A stretch of DNA of 64,000 bases from Trichosphaerium sp. ATCC 40318 (GCA_038496445.1 JALMLS010000447.1:62001-126000), one strand, 5' to 3'. Shown: positions 1-14,554, numbered from the stretch's first letter. Numbers and translations: made by a program. Notes: generated by a model from the sequence alone, not told the origin.

Positions 1-1203
1 ATTGCTCCTTGCATTCATGGATTGCTGTGGGGCTGTTGTCGTTGTAGCTGGTGTAGTAGCTTGTTGTTGCTGTGTGCGCTGTTGAGGAGGCTGTTGGCGT
101 TGTACAGGCGGTTGTTGCATGGATTGCTGTTGTGTGCCTGGAGGCTGTTGTTGATGCGCCATATGCTGTTGCATGGTTTGTTGTTGTTGTCCCATGGTTT
201 GTTGCTGTTGTCCCGGTTGTTGTTGTCCGTTTTGCGGTTGTCCCATCTGTTGTTGGGCGTGTTGTTGAGGATAATAATACCCATTCCAGTATCCACCATA
301 ATATTGCCTGAATTGGCAAGAAATGAGTAAAAATCGGATAAAGTAAACAGTATTCAGTTCTACCGGAATCCAGTTCAATGATCGGGTTTTGTTCTCAAGT
401 GGAATTGATTGTTGTTCAAAAAAATAAATTGAGTTTCAAAAAATCTCAGCGAGCGTACTGTGGAGGGTAACCCATTGGCATGTGGCCTTGTCCTTGGCCC
501 ATGTACTGCATAGGATATCCCTGCGCGTACATGCCATTCTGTACACCATAATCTCCCATGTACGCCTAAAATTAACAAAAAAAAATGAGCTAACGATCTA
601 GTACAAAAATCCACGTGCAAAACATTTCCGTGGTGTAAACCACGATACAACGTGTGATTTTATCAACGTTTTTTGAAAAGAAAAACAAAAAATTCAAGCC
701 GTCAATTCACCGTTTTGGCTTTAGTCAAGTGTGTCACCGAATTCTACGATGAAATTGGATGACATTTTTGAAACGTGGCTTTCTCTAATTGGTTATATCG
801 CTTACCGGAGCATTTAGAATTGCTGGGTCGTTGGGAGGTGTTGCACGCTGCGTGTTTTGCTGCTGAGGGAGCTCACAGACTGTTAGATCCTTTATATCGC
901 TCCCTCTGAAGATGATGTAGTCGTAAACTTCATTTGTGGGCGCTATTTCTTTCCCACCGTTTGTTCTGCCTTGAGTACCAAAGGAACGCACTAGTCCAGT
1001 CAAAAAAAAACGAGATGTGTGCAAAAGGGCTTCCAATAGCGCTAAATACGCAAACTTTCGCCTCAACGCGGCGACGTACCATTTTGTAAGGCCACAGTAG
1101 ACTCTTTAGTGTCGATATTATACAATTTGCCTTCATACCGGATATCACTCTTGGATATTAACGATATTCGCGCCCCGATGTAAGGTACGTTATTAGATGC
1201 CAT
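1..1203 (-). CDS. LSM14: LSM14/Scd6 mRNA decapping activator (multi-exon; 3' end lies outside the window)
   Basis: Spliced translation from ATG 1203: [41 protein letters not shown]|VRSFGTQGR...[16 protein letters not shown], the LSM14 Sm-like domain, followed by a Q/P-rich low-complexity region. Confidence 0.95.
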
Positions 1204-1320
1204 TTCCACGAGAGTCGTTTAATAAAGTTATGAAATTCGCGTCAGTTTTCTGGGACCGTTGACTTTTACTATGAAGCATTTTTTTCGTACGCGGAATTTT
1301 TCAGTTTCTGTAAAGCAACA

Positions 1321-2626
1321 ATGCTCAGGCCTCAATTAGTAGCTCTTGACGCCCACGATGGCCCTGATCCTATGTTCACAGATCCTCAGGGCGCAGCTGT
1401 GAAGTTTACGCTACCTGGACAGGTTATAACCAATGAGACTGATGCAATGCGGTACACTTGCGAAATATGCTTTTTGTGTGCGTAATAGTACGACGTAGAG
1501 GCCATGGTACATGGCTGGACTATCAAGGGGATAAAAAAAATATAATGGCCTCCGTTAGTGGCTTGGTAGAACGGGTTAACAAGTTAGTGTCCGCTAAGCC
1601 AATAAAATCAAGGTAACAATTGAGAAGAATGACCTAAGAAATGCCATTTACGTCCCAAACTTGACACTGTGTTAATAGATATGCTGGTGATGTAGGCGAT
1701 ATCGTTGTTGGACGAATTGGTACGTGACATTAATGAACGCACTACACGCGACTGTAAACTAATCAAACGCACAGTGGAAGTTGTATCTGGACGTTGGAAG
1801 GTAGATGTACAAGCTAGACAACATGCAAACCTATTATTGAGCTCTATTAACTTGCCTGGAGGCGTAAGGGTATGTGTAATACACATAAATAACCAACGAC
1901 TCATTTTTTGGGTTGACAGCGTCGGCGTACATTGGAAGATACACTGCAAATGAGATCGTTCTATTGCGAGCAGGATCTTATAGTCGCTGAAGTGCAAAAG
2001 TACTTTGATGACGGTACAATATCATTACAAATCAGAACTCAATCAGCCAAGGTACCTACCTCTACACAGATGGGGAACCCTTCATGTTGTTAACACTTGT
2101 TTTTCTAGCTCGAACACGGCATGATGATTGCTGTACAGCCAGCACTCGTAAAGGTAAGCTGCTTTACAATGTGTCAATCCTCTAATGACGACACTAGCGT
2201 TTATCTTCCTACTTTGTATCACTGCCATGCGGTGTTGACATAATACTCGGTTGCAATGGCTACCTTTGGATAGGGCCACCAGGCACGAACACCAAGCTAC
2301 AGTCCACAGAGGAGGTCACAAAGGAAAAGGTGAGCCGGGTCATGGTGTGCGTCATCAACTAACCTTGTAAAACCCTTGTAGGTGACAGTTACGCGAGAAT
2401 TGCGGATGCGTATGTGTCGTGTTAGGAATGTGTTGGCTGGTTTAGATCAATTGTTTAGACCAATAGAGCCCTCATCCATAATCCGTGCTGTGCGTCATTT
2501 TAAAGGACACTTTTTTATTGTCTTCACACGCTAACGCTGCTATAGTATAAACTAAGTACACCACACGATGTGAAGGCGCTACTTCAGCCTGCGATCATTC
2601 AAAAAGTGTGTGGAGGACAAGACTAA
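1321..2626 (+). CDS. RRP4: Exosome complex component RRP4 (S1/KH)
   Basis: Spliced: GHGT...[13 protein letters not shown]...GDIVVGRI...[24 protein letters not shown]...[14 protein letters not shown]...[17 protein letters not shown]; stop TAA at 2624-2626. Confidence 0.93.
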
Positions 2627-2949
2627 CGACTAAAATAGATTTTGTTCAAACCGCAGCGTATATCTACCACCGCGCAGTGCTCACACAATTTTATATTGCC
2701 ATTGTACATAAAACAAGTCGCCCTTGTGAGGCACCCAACAATTTTTTTGATTCTTTTTTTTTTTTGTTGAAATGTTACTTCTCTACAACGCTTTGGTTTT
2801 ACAACTGTACTGCTAATGTACAAACGCTATCCTCTGGACCCACTGTGCAGCTGTGGTGTAGCACAAAAAAAGGGGTGGTAAATAGTGTGTGGGAGCGAGA
2901 ATAAAGCGATTAAACTTGTGCAAAAGGGGAAATTCCCTTCTGGTTAATT

Positions 2950-5900
2950 TTATATCTGTGGATAACACGAATCGCACACTCTCACAGCACCCTCTCCGTT
3001 CTGTATTATCTTGCGCTGACTGGAGCACGTACCACACACCACCTCTCCACACTTTCTGCAGTGGTGCTAGCAACTCTCGTTAGTATTGTGCGAACAACGT
3101 GGTCACTGTGGTTGCGATCTGGATGCGTGCACTTACCTTTCTATTGAACATGGTAAAAGGAACGCTACACCGTTTGCACTTTTTGGCTTCGTCGTCTGGG
3201 CGCTAGAGGCATTGAGTTGTGCCTTGAAAGATAAATAAAGTGTACCCATATTGGCGCAACGTTAGTGCCAGTCTCTTCGTCCTGATTCACCAGGTTGAAC
3301 GCGTCGGCGAAAGCATTTAGCCATGCTAAATACAGCATCAGCACAATCCATCACGAATCCGTTTTCCTGTGCGGTGTACCTGCTTTGGTTGCAGCGTCCT
3401 CGGCCAGTGCTACAAACGACTTTTTATTACTCTGTACAGCAAATGCATTGAATAAATCCTTGCTCTCTAGCCACAACAATAAGCAACCATAACAAAAAGG
3501 CAGCAAAGGTTAGGCGTACCATCATCCGCTATATCGTAGACGTGTACAGATGGGAGGGATATTTCCCTTTTCAGACCCAATTAGGAGATATACTTAGTTT
3601 AGTGTTGAACGTACCTAGGCATCACAAACCTAAATATATCAATTTAGTTGATGGTGAGCTTATTTTTCCTTTTTTTTTCTTACCTGTTTCCTACTATATT
3701 CGTGTACAACAGAATATCGTTACATAGAATGAATTGCCGTTGTTGGCGTGATGCGCGACATATCTTTATAATTTGACCTACATCCATGTCACATGAAGCA
3801 AGTAGAGCTGACTAGGTATTAAAAACTGATATTGAACTCACCTTCTTTTACAAGCTTTCTGTGTGGTTGTACAAGCTATCAAGTAGTTAGTTAATAACCT
3901 CGCCACTAGATAAGGTAGATAGAATGACATACGTCGATATTGACCCCCATAAAGCTCTGTTGTAGTCTCAATAGCGCTTTCGTATTTTCAAATTCCTTCA
4001 CAGCGGCGTCTATCGTGTCTGCAACCTGTACAAATTAGATAACTTGCTACTCCATCTATTTTATTTCCAAAAAGAAAAAGTAAAGGTTTGAGGTGTTGTG
4101 AAAGCACAGATACTCGAAATTATGTCTGATTAGCGCACCTCTTTGCACGCCCTAAAAGATGATATGTTAGTACAATGAAACTGCTATACGTGTAGGTACA
4201 TACGCTAAGGCTTTAACTACCGGATCATAGTCAGGGTGATCCTCTGGAGTGTGTTTAATCAGATCACTCAAAAGCAGCACGAATCGGGGTATCCTAGACC
4301 GCCTGATAAATAAATGCGTTCTTTGTTACGACACACAAAGTGCATTGTACATACCGCTGAAGAGGCATAATCAAAAGAGATCGAAGTTTTTGCCCTCCTG
4401 ACTCTGGATTGTCAAACTCGCAACTCTAACGGATACTGTTAGCTAACAGAATACACAACACTTCCAGTTAATCAATGATTGATCCTGTATACCTGTAAAA
4501 ATGGCTGAAATGTGTAACTGTCTTTGAGTATCTCCAAGACCCTAAGTATACATCTTTAGAACACTGTTCAACACGAACGAAAAACGAAAATAAGGTAAAA
4601 AACGTTAAGCAACTCCGTACTCTACAGCTTGTGTATACTTGACTGCATAGGTCTTATAAATCTTGAGGTATGGTATCAGCGACAAGAATACAGTTCCCAA
4701 TTCCGTATCCCTAATGCACAGCGTGAGTCATGGAGACAGGACCGCCAAGGGCTATGTTCACGTGTGAACAAAATTTTACGTACGCTGAACCACTATCAAT
4801 ACTGGCCTGTATCGTACTACTTACATCTTGGTAGAGCACAGTATTGACCCTTATGACATCATCTATGTTACAAAACATGGTATCCACCTGCTCTCGTCTT
4901 TTTATTTCAAAAAAAGATGAGTTGTTGTAGCAGGCACTCAGCAAGCGTACCGTATTTTTACAGATCCTGCGTCTACTGCCTCGTAAAGCGGATCTCTGTA
5001 TACCTGTTACATAGCATGAGCTCGCACATATCACCAGTTGTGCATGAGATATATGTGCATACCTTGATCATCATCCGCAAGAAGGATAGGTACTTGTTTT
5101 CACTCTGCAACACTTCCTAAAATTGCCAGTTGATAAACAGCGTTACTTACAACTGCAAACGCATACCTGGATGATGTGTTTGCGCTTTGGATCGATCTCA
5201 GTTGTGGAAGTGGTCTTGGATGTGGGTGTAGGCTTTGGCTTTGGCACATCCGCAACAACTTTTTTCTGAGGTATAGGAGGCGCAGACTTTTTAGTCCCTT
5301 TAGATCCTATGTTGAAGTTTGGCGATGATGCGCTCCTCTCCATTGGCTTACGTGGAAGTGGCTTTGGCTTTGGGGCTGTCTTCCTGATGGAGACCAACGG
5401 GTAAGATAAAAAATATTGAAAAGGTGCATTGTTCAAAAACGTACGCTAGAGCACGTTGCCTTTGTTGTGCTATTGGGGAACTCGGGTTTTGACGATGTGT
5501 TGATCTCGTTGCAACTGTGAATGATGAACTTTTAATGCGTTGCTTAGTCTGTGATTGCACACGAGCTGGTGCGGATTCCGTCTTTCTTGCAATTAGAACA
5601 CACCAAATTATACTGACTTTAACGATGGCATACCTTCTCAAACATTGCTGAGCGAGCTGCTATATTTGCTGTCCTCCTAGCTGCAGATCCAGACCGTGCT
5701 CTCAATGAACCAATAGCCGGTTTCTTTCCTGACGTCTTATTCTATTCGTTCGATTGATGATTATTATTTTGAAAAAAGTACTGATGCAAAGTGATTATTG
5801 TTGTGCCTGTTGTGGTGGATCTTTCCTTGTGAGATCTCGCATTGACTTTGATATCCACCCAGTTGCCTTCGATGTCGTTTCGTTCAATGTTTTTACTACA

Positions 5901-6941
5901 TTTGTGGTTTGTTCATTGATGCTAGTGCTCATTGCCTAATATGCTATGGGTAAGAACCAAAGAAAGCATACGTGATGCCTTGGACTGCTTAAAGGCGTCA
6001 GCACGTGCACGTGGTTTCTGTGTGCGATTCATTCTCGTGTCAGTTCGACTGTCTTTTGTAGGCGCTATCAACAATTAACAACAAAAGCAAAGTTGCTTGT
6101 AGGATGATCGTGTTTTTGTGACGTGCTCTTCTGTTTTGGTTTCCCAAAAATACTGTATTTCCGTTCCTTTCCATTTGCCCCATTTTTATTGCCAGCAGAA
6201 TATTGGCGTTTGTGTTGTGTGTTATTACCACGCGTCGATGTCTTGTTTGGCAGCGTGTTGTAATGAGCCTGAGGACCTTGATAGCTATGACTAGATCCTG
6301 CACGTTGTCGGGCGGTCCCACCGCGTGGTGTAGTAGGCGTCGTAGGTGTCGTAGGCGTGGTAGATGTTGTTGTTGGCGTAGTACCGTTATTTGGGTGACC
6401 CTTGCCATTTGTACCATTTGAAGAAGTACGTGATTTTACGCCGTACGACTGTACGCCAGTTCGTTGTTGTGCATCGCTTTGCTTCTGTATTTTATTGGGA
6501 GAACTGACTTGAACGCGTTCTCTTTGTTGTGGTACATCGGTTGAAGGCGTTCGTTGTCTGTATGGTGAGTTTGTTGCTTTACAACTGTTCAAATAAGCTA
6601 ACAAAAACAAAAGTAATTAATAACAACACCTCACAAGGATGCAATAATGCGAGCGAGGATGATCACGTGATATACAAGGATGGAAAAGGAAGAAAATATT
6701 TGTGTGATGCCTTGGCTGTACAGCAATTCCCAAACGTACCTGAAATTGCTCTAGCAGAATTGAATGAAGGCGCATTGTCCTTGCAGATTGGTTTCGCCGC
6801 GACTTTGACCTTACCAAGCCTTTTGGAAAAAATTAAAACAGTACAACACAACATTTACACCCTTAAAACAGATACGTACCCGGGTATATCACGATATTCG
6901 AACTCTGGCTGGCTGCTACTCTCTATCCGTGTGCGTGACAT
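2950..6941 (-). CDS. FGD-like RhoGEF (long low-complexity N-terminus, DH, probable PH, C-terminal FYVE)
   Basis: DH start KRKHIIQ|[17 protein letters not shown]-terminal APIW|[22 protein letters not shown]|[15 protein letters not shown]...VRVCDSCY is a FYVE domain. Internal exon borders approximate. Confidence 0.85.
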
Positions 6942-7288
6942 GAGTTGTTTTCACGTGGTTAAATTATTACAGCTGCACGCGTTTGTTATGTTGAGCGAGG
7001 GCGCTTAGACTGACAACCACTTTGATTTTTTTTTTACAATGTGACTCGACTGACGTTGACGTAGGTAGGTATTGTGCGCCTAGTTCTGTACGCGCACAGT
7101 GCCTGTGTTCAATAAATTTACGTTTTTCTTGTTTAGGGTGAAATTAATGTTTCAGCGGTTTTTTTTTTGGCTTGATAAAGTTACTAAACCACTTTTTTGA
7201 GAAAAGGCGCTCTGTAACACAACAAGTTAGCTCTTTTTAATCGTCACCTGCTATAAACAGTGAATGTTGTAACGTTGTACCAATAATC

Positions 7289-10215
7289 ATGTCTACGGTA
7301 TTTAAAACAAACAAAACTGTCTCCCTTTCCTTCTCACTGTGGTTGTAGTCTCAATTACCAAAGTGGATCCCAGATGAGGACGCAACAGAATGTATGAAAT
7401 GTACCAAAGAGTTTGGCTTGATTACACGAAGAGTACGTTTTACAGCCAATGCCTACAGCATTACGATCATCTATTCAAAACAGCATTTGTTTTTATTTTA
7501 TCGTTTAATGGCGCCCATTCCCTTTATTCGCTTCGCTGACGCGTGATACACCCTTAATGCGAGCCATTTGAATAAGTTACGGGTCGCTGTTTACTTTATC
7601 TTTTCGATTTTTTTTGGCTTTATTCTGACTCAACTAGCACCATTGCAGAAACTGCGGACGTACGAAACTACAATGAGCTAACTACAGTATAATTTTGGTT
7701 GCGTTATATTGTTAACGTGTTTTTTATTCCAAAACCAACAAATTTTGGTTAAAATGGCAACTCGGTACATATTTCTTACTTTCCTGAAGGTATCTTCTGT
7801 GGAAAATGCGCTTCACAGTTCGTAGTGTTGAAACACCTTGGTCTAGCTGACAAGCAACGTGTTTGTGCAGCTTGCCACGCAACAGTCACCTCAGGACAGC
7901 AAGGTACGACGGATTGAATTCAAGAATTGCCCTAGTACATTTTTTGGATTTTTTTGATCATTTTGAAGTGAAATCCTATTAAAAACAATATTTCACTCGC
8001 GCAAACATACTATAGTATGAGTGATGCTGGGTTGTTTTTATTTCGGAAATGTATTTTGGTATTATCGGCGATGGGTGGATGTTGGAGATTGCTTACAATC
8101 ACTTGTAGGTACCGGTGTAGGCGGTGGCGCTAACGACCAAAAGAAACCATGGCACGTGACACGTGTTCAAGAGGATACAAGCACGGTACGTTTTATATAG
8201 AGTCAGAGAGATGGCTATCAGAAGCACCTTCTTTTTTTTTTTTCTTGCCTTTGTTGGTTTTATTTGGGTGCTCAAAAAACAACCCTTTGAATAATTGGAT
8301 AACGACCAACATATAATGACGGATGCTTGTAGGAGCAAAAGCGCATTGACTTTCTCAGCACAAAAATTGCAAATGATCCAAAGAATCCCATCTTGTACAA
8401 CAACAGAGGTCTCGCCTACTGCTATTGCCAACGCTATGATGTACGTCACAACCATCAAATACAAAATGACATCACCTTCAAATTTGCAGCTCGTAAAAAC
8501 GGGTTGAAAGAAACTGTGGAGGAGTTTGGGTCAATCCAACACTTTTTTCCTGTATTTTCATTTGAAAGAAAACGACAGCCACCGTTGTTGTATCCAATAT
8601 GTTCCTTACAATACAGCCCTCTCATTTATGTTGCAGGAAGCGCTGAAGGATTTCGATCAAGCAATAAAACTTGTGGTGCCAACCAACCGCAACGTAATCG
8701 CCCACGTTACCTTCAACAGGGCTGCTTGGACTTACTTGAAAATGAACAAATTCCAACTCACCATACAGGAGTGCAACAAGGGTAAGCAACGCCAACCAAT
8801 GCAACACGCATTATTACGGGGGCCTTTATAACAATTACAGCCGAATTTGACATGGTATAGGTCTGGAGATGCAAGAGGACGCGCACATCTTACACCACAA
8901 ATTTTTGAACACTCGCGCAGTCGCGCATGATAGTCTAGGGTACGTAATTTATGTAAAGCGATGTAGCGTGATATTTGCACGCTTTACATGTTAGTCTTTA
9001 TGAAAAACTTGATGACAGATTCGTTTGTTAACAGCAACATCATATTTTCTTTCAAGTCAAAATGTCACATTTATTTTGTTGCGCTGCCTGTACTCATGCC
9101 TGTACAATTAGGCAGACTGATAAGGCGATTGAAGATTACACTCTGGCCATTGAGAAGAAACCTCGGGGACAATATTATGCTAACAGAGGAACTGTATACC
9201 GCCAGCTTGCAAACTACGCTGATGCTGAAAAAGATTTTGAGAAATCACTTGAATTCGAACCAGAAAGAGCCGCTTTCTACCACAACAGAGCTATATTGTC
9301 CATTGACCTGGGTCGAGATGAGTCAGCATTGGCAGACTTGACAAAGGTTCTAGAATGGAGCCCTACATTCATCGATGCGTTGACAACACGTGCACTCGTA
9401 CGCGACAAATATTTTTGATCTTTTCTTGAATTCTTCCTTTATTCTCCTTATTTTAACATTCCGACCTTCCGTCCTAACACCTGATATAGTTGTACTGCGA
9501 TCTAGGTAAACTTGATCTTGCATTGAAGGATGTATCTGATTGTTTGGATGTTGTACGTTCATTGGCAAATGTGTTGCGTTGACACCAATCCCTCTAGGAT
9601 GATTCCACTCCTGCTGCTTATGCAACAGCAGCTATCGTATACGCCAAGAAAGGCGACAAAGAAAAAGCAATGGAACACTTCACAAAGGCAACCGAAGGGT
9701 GGGAAGAGATCTACCATTACAAGAAGATGTTTTACAAAGGTAACAAAAATATAAAAAAGAAATACCTCCCACACTTTGTGTCATCTAATGCTCATCCAAG
9801 GCATCCTCCACATGGAGCTTGAAGAATTTGACGAGGCCTTGAGTGCCTTTAACGAGAGCTGGAAGCTAAAGAACAAAGAGTACCATTCAATCGGCCATAA
9901 AATCCTTGCTCGCCGTGCATACTGCAACATCAAGCTCGGCAACCGCACTGTATGTCTCAAACTCTTCTTTTCTCGCGAATTGCTAAACCGTGGTTTTAGG
10001 AAGCCGAACAAGACCTCAAATTAGCCTTGTTTTATGCGCCAAAGCACCCTAGGTATTTGGCTTGGAAAGCTCTGATTGGCGAAACTGAAGGTGAAGATGG
10101 AAGCCCAGCCAATGCAGCACAGACCAACGAGGCCTCTGATGCAACTGCAGAAGATACTGTAGAAACCCAACAGGTAGACGCTACATCAACTGACGAGCCA
10201 GCTGATAGCGCTTGA
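7289..10215 (+). CDS. FYVE domain + TPR repeat protein
   Basis: WIPDEDATECMKCTKEFGLITRR|HHCRNCGRIFCGKC...RVCAAC (FYVE), then several TPRs (AIEDYTLAIEKKPRGQYYANRG...AEKDFEKSLEFEP) and an acidic tail. Confidence 0.88.
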
Positions 10216-10622
10216 TGTAACTACAGTCACGTGTTCGATGCGATTGTATATGTGTTACCGGCCAAAATGTCAAGTGTAAATAAAAATCCTCAATTTTCCA
10301 ATATGATTACACGTCACCTCTCAGAGGCAACAGAAGAAAAAAAGGAACTACTCTTTGTTGTTTCCGTTGTACTATCCACTTTATTATAGACCAGAAAAAT
10401 GGAGGAAAGGGTTTCGAGCACTTGGTAGGTCAAAATACACTCAAACATCCACGAAGGCCATGGAACAACAAAGTTTCGCTACTGTGGAGGCAAAAAAAAT
10501 AAAAAAAATTGGTCGGGAGGTCACTTCCGTCCTGGTTGGGGGGTCATCTAAAAAAAACCAACATTAGCAAGTTACTTTTAAATTGTAAGGACCCGTACCT
10601 TTTGTTGGAACACTTTTTTTTT

Positions 10623-12452
10623 TTAAGTCGATGAAACGAGTTTCACGTTTATTCGTGTGTTTCGTTGCAAAATGTTGCGAAGTTGATCAGGGGTAGGTGG
10701 TGTAAATGTCTTCCAGGTACCACCAACCTTGATGCGTCTTGGGTTGGACTTATCTCCAACTTTTCGCGTCACTTCTCGCTTTTTTCTTTCGACGTCTTTT
10801 ACCCGTTCAGGCTATACGAAAACACATAAGTCAAACAGCTCATTTGCGCAAACATACAAAAAAAAAAGTATTGTGAACTACCGCTAGCTTTCAAAAAATC
10901 CACAAACCCCGCAAGCGCTTGAAAAGATGTGGAAATTGGGTTGTAGATTATCAAAGACGGAGGTTTGGAAAAAAAAAGCTTCTACCAAAAAAAAATTCAC
11001 AAAGTGGATTCACTCAATTAAACGGTTTTTTTGTGGTTCGTACGTAGGTTTCAATCACGAAAGATTTTGGTTTTCTGCCTGAAGGCATCTTGAACCAGCG
11101 AGATTTTAACGTCTTGTTTCTGTTAACGCGGCTATTTGTTTGGTTTGCCTTACTACCAGCGAATAGACTACACAACAATGGTTAACACCCAAAAACTTGT
11201 GAAATTACTTTTTTTTTTTTTGGAGTACAATTGTCTTCAAACGCTTCGTACCTTATGTAATCGTGTAGTAGGTCATGGTCTTCGATCAAATAGCGGTTGT
11301 CAGCTAATTGTCTGCAAGCTAGTCCATATACAATGCACATGAGCAATGCTTCAAGGACTGGTTCGCGGCTCTTTCCAAGGAACAATCTAATGTCCTCTGG
11401 AACGAGTACTTCTTTGGTCTCAATAAAATGGCTGTTTTGGCCTCTGTTTTAGGAAGAGAGAGTTAGAAACAAAAAAAATGCGCCTGATTGAAAAAAAAAA
11501 ACCAAAACTGAGCCAGTCGCTTGTACGCTGGTTCTAGGTGTTTGCAACGTACGATTGGGTTGAAGAGGCAGCCTTGTTTTGTCTCTTGACTACGCCTTGG
11601 CTTTCTTTTGGTACATAGTCACCACTGTTATCAGAGTCGCTACTATGTTCCTCCTCAAATTCAGATTCTCTAGGTAGCACAACCTGTCTATGGGCAACTA
11701 GAATAAAAGAGTTGGAGACTACACCACAGCTAAAAAAAGCACAAACCCACAAAAACAAAGTCAAAAAAAAAAAAGCCGAAAAACGCTAAAGCAAACCACT
11801 GTGGATGGTAAGAAAAATACGTTTAGAAGGGATTGGCGTTGTTTTTAGTGATAATTAATAAAAAAAAAAAAAGGGTTTGCCGCGAAAACTGTTTTAGTTT
11901 TTTACCTTGTGCGCTCTCACTGACAGGTAATGAAACCTGAATATCTTTGAGTGAACGGACTCTCTTGTTGCGTGTCTGATAATCTGTGGTCTCAGAGCAA
12001 ATTTGGGAGTGTTTGCGTTTGAAGGCAACTGCCAAAGGACTTGGCTTTCTAACAATCGAGGAGCTTGTTGTTAGTGATTCGAAGGCGTCTGGGGCTTGTT
12101 TTATAGATAGGAGCACCCCTGCGGCGTAGTTCACTGCGTGCGCTAAATAACAGCGTCAGTGATGATGTACGTGATTTTGTGAGTGGTTTTTAGCGATTTT
12201 TAGTTCCATAGTGTAGGTTTGGTGCGAATAAAAAACCAAAACTTTTTTCTCTGTTTTGGTTTTTTTTAACATCCCTGTCAGTTGGCGCTAAAAAAACAAT
12301 ACAACGGCGGTACAAATTGTAAAAACGCCACAAAAAAAATCCAACCGCCCAAAAGCTGAAGAGTTTGAAGTCTCGCTCAAGTTGGTTTTGCGAATTCACT
12401 CACCGTCATAAGCAAATGGGTCGTGAGGGCGTATGCCGGTCTGCACATTCAT
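10623..12452 (-). CDS. Hypothetical multi-exon protein
   Basis: Exons with GT-AG borders join into MNVQTGIRPHDPFAYD...AAGVLLSIKQ...acidic patch...EDIRLFLGKSREPVLEALL...RRIKVGGTWKTF...; no family recognised. Confidence 0.55.
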
Positions 12453-14554
12453 CTGTTCCGTAAAGGCAATGATCAGTTTTTTACCGTCCTAAACACAAAG
12501 AGTCTCAGCCAAAACCCTCGCAAACTGTAACGAAAAAATCGACAACCGCTCCGAGACACCATATCAGCTATTTTTTTGGGCTTTGGTGGGCAAGTAGCAC
12601 ATTGGGCGTTGATGCAAACTCGAATTGGCGAAGGGGCATGAAAAAAGTACCTGGTGCAAACAAAAAGCGTCCCTACACTCGATCAAGAGTGCTGGTCAAG
12701 AGCAAGAATGAGGACAAAAAAAGCCACATGTTCTAAGGCAAGGCGTTAAGTTTCAGTGTAGTCTTGCCGTTAATTGGCGCGCCACCATTGAGATAACATC
12801 CTTAGCTTCACGATATGGCGAAATGCGGTTAGAATTTACGATTAGAATTCCCGTCTTCAATTCTTGTTGGCCCCTTGGCATCTATGTGGTGTTAGAAGCT
12901 ATGGGCACAAATATTTGCTGAAGTTTTTATTTGTCCCTTTTTTAAAAAACACTTGCATTCGCTCAGTGATGGTCTAATAATTCTTCCAGTAACGTTATTT
13001 CAATGGCATTTTGAGAATTCCAGTCTTTGAGAATTACATAGGAACAAATATGGCTCCGCTATTACAGTAATGATCGCTCTCAGGTACGTTAGACAAGCAC
13101 CTGAAAGTGTGTGAGTTTTCTAGTTACAACTAAATTCGTTATTGTTTCAAACTGTTGCCGTTAGTGCACATGACGCTACATCATTGTCTCCAAAGTCGAT
13201 TGCAAAACAAATTGTACCCAACGACTTTTTTGCAAAACGTTCTCGTTTTGTACGCGCTAAACTATCGCTCAAAACTGCTTGAACTCGCTCGTAAATTACA
13301 CATGGGTATCGTTACTGTGTACTAGAACGTCTGTTAGTATCACTACCGTTTTGAGCGGTATGAGGTGACCTCGTTTTAAAATGCGTAATGTTTTTTACCC
13401 CTGTGTTTCGCGTGCAACAGCCTTTGACACGTATTTTGAGGTTAGTATTTGCTACCCAAGTAGGTACTAGCTTAGTTTTTTGTTAGGTCGTTATTTTCTG
13501 CGTAGTTTAGCGACTGGTAGAGTTTGTTTCGTATCCCGAAACTATTCATTCTTTTACTCTTTTTTTAGAACAGGTACCGTAGTTTTAATCAAAAAAGGTG
13601 GATTCATTGGTGTTTAAAAAAATACGTACCGACAATTATATCTGCTATCGTTTTAACTCGCGTAGATATATATAACGCGAGCGTAGAGCAGAAAAGCGCT
13701 CTTTCTGTTGGTTGCCATTTGTAAATACCTAAAGCGTTATTCCGCTATAAATGTGTTTTTACCATCGATTTTGGTGTAGTACGATCCACTTTGTTTGAAT
13801 CCAGCCCAATACTAATTTGCAGAAACGTGTCGTTTGAAGAAACGATGTCAATTGTTCACAATAATAGCTGCTTGTAGGCTATTGTTGCTTTATTCCACGT
13901 AACGTACTTGTGGGATTAGTTGAGTTTTCTCTCCAAAAAACAAGTTTTATTTTCCAGTATTTTTCTCGTAACTTAAAACCACAATAAATTTATGTTGCAT
14001 GCTCACGTTTTTAAAAAGAGGAAAGCTGCCAAATATAATCAGGGTGCTCCAATGTTAACTTGTCGGTTGAATGCCTGGTTGGGTTATCATCAATCTGCAG
14101 AAGCGTGGTTCGAATCCCGCAAAATCCAGCCAAAGGATTTTTAGAGAATTTGGTATCTCGGCAGACTCCAATCTGCGCACCTCTCAATGGTTATAACTCC
14201 TAATTTCGACCTCATGAGAGATAAACCGCCTATAACTCAATCACCTTTTTTGTCTATTTCAGGTACAAACAAAGTAAGAGCCTAAACACCTTTAAGAAAT
14301 TCAGCATATTCTCAAATGTCAAAACATTACAATGACATGACATTTTGACACATTGGAGCTTTTAGGTTCAAACTCCATCAACTTTTTGAAGAAGAAGCGT
14401 TCTTGTTTTTTATCCACGTCATGTTAAGACGCACACCCAGAGTGGTATGAAGAAGAAAGTCTGTGTATAAAAAAGAGATAAAATTTACAATTATTACAAA
14501 ACCCCTCACCAGTACAGAGGAGCGACCTAGGCGGTTATTTGACTCTTTTACTAT

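Noticed and set aside
22-330. Leu/Val-rich plus-strand ORFs that look like membrane proteins
   Set aside because: Antisense of the CAA-rich (Gln-rich) LSM14 region.
12460-14500. Transposon in the long intergenic gaps (also 35100-37000)
   Set aside because: No transposase or RT motifs, terminal repeats or target-site duplications seen.
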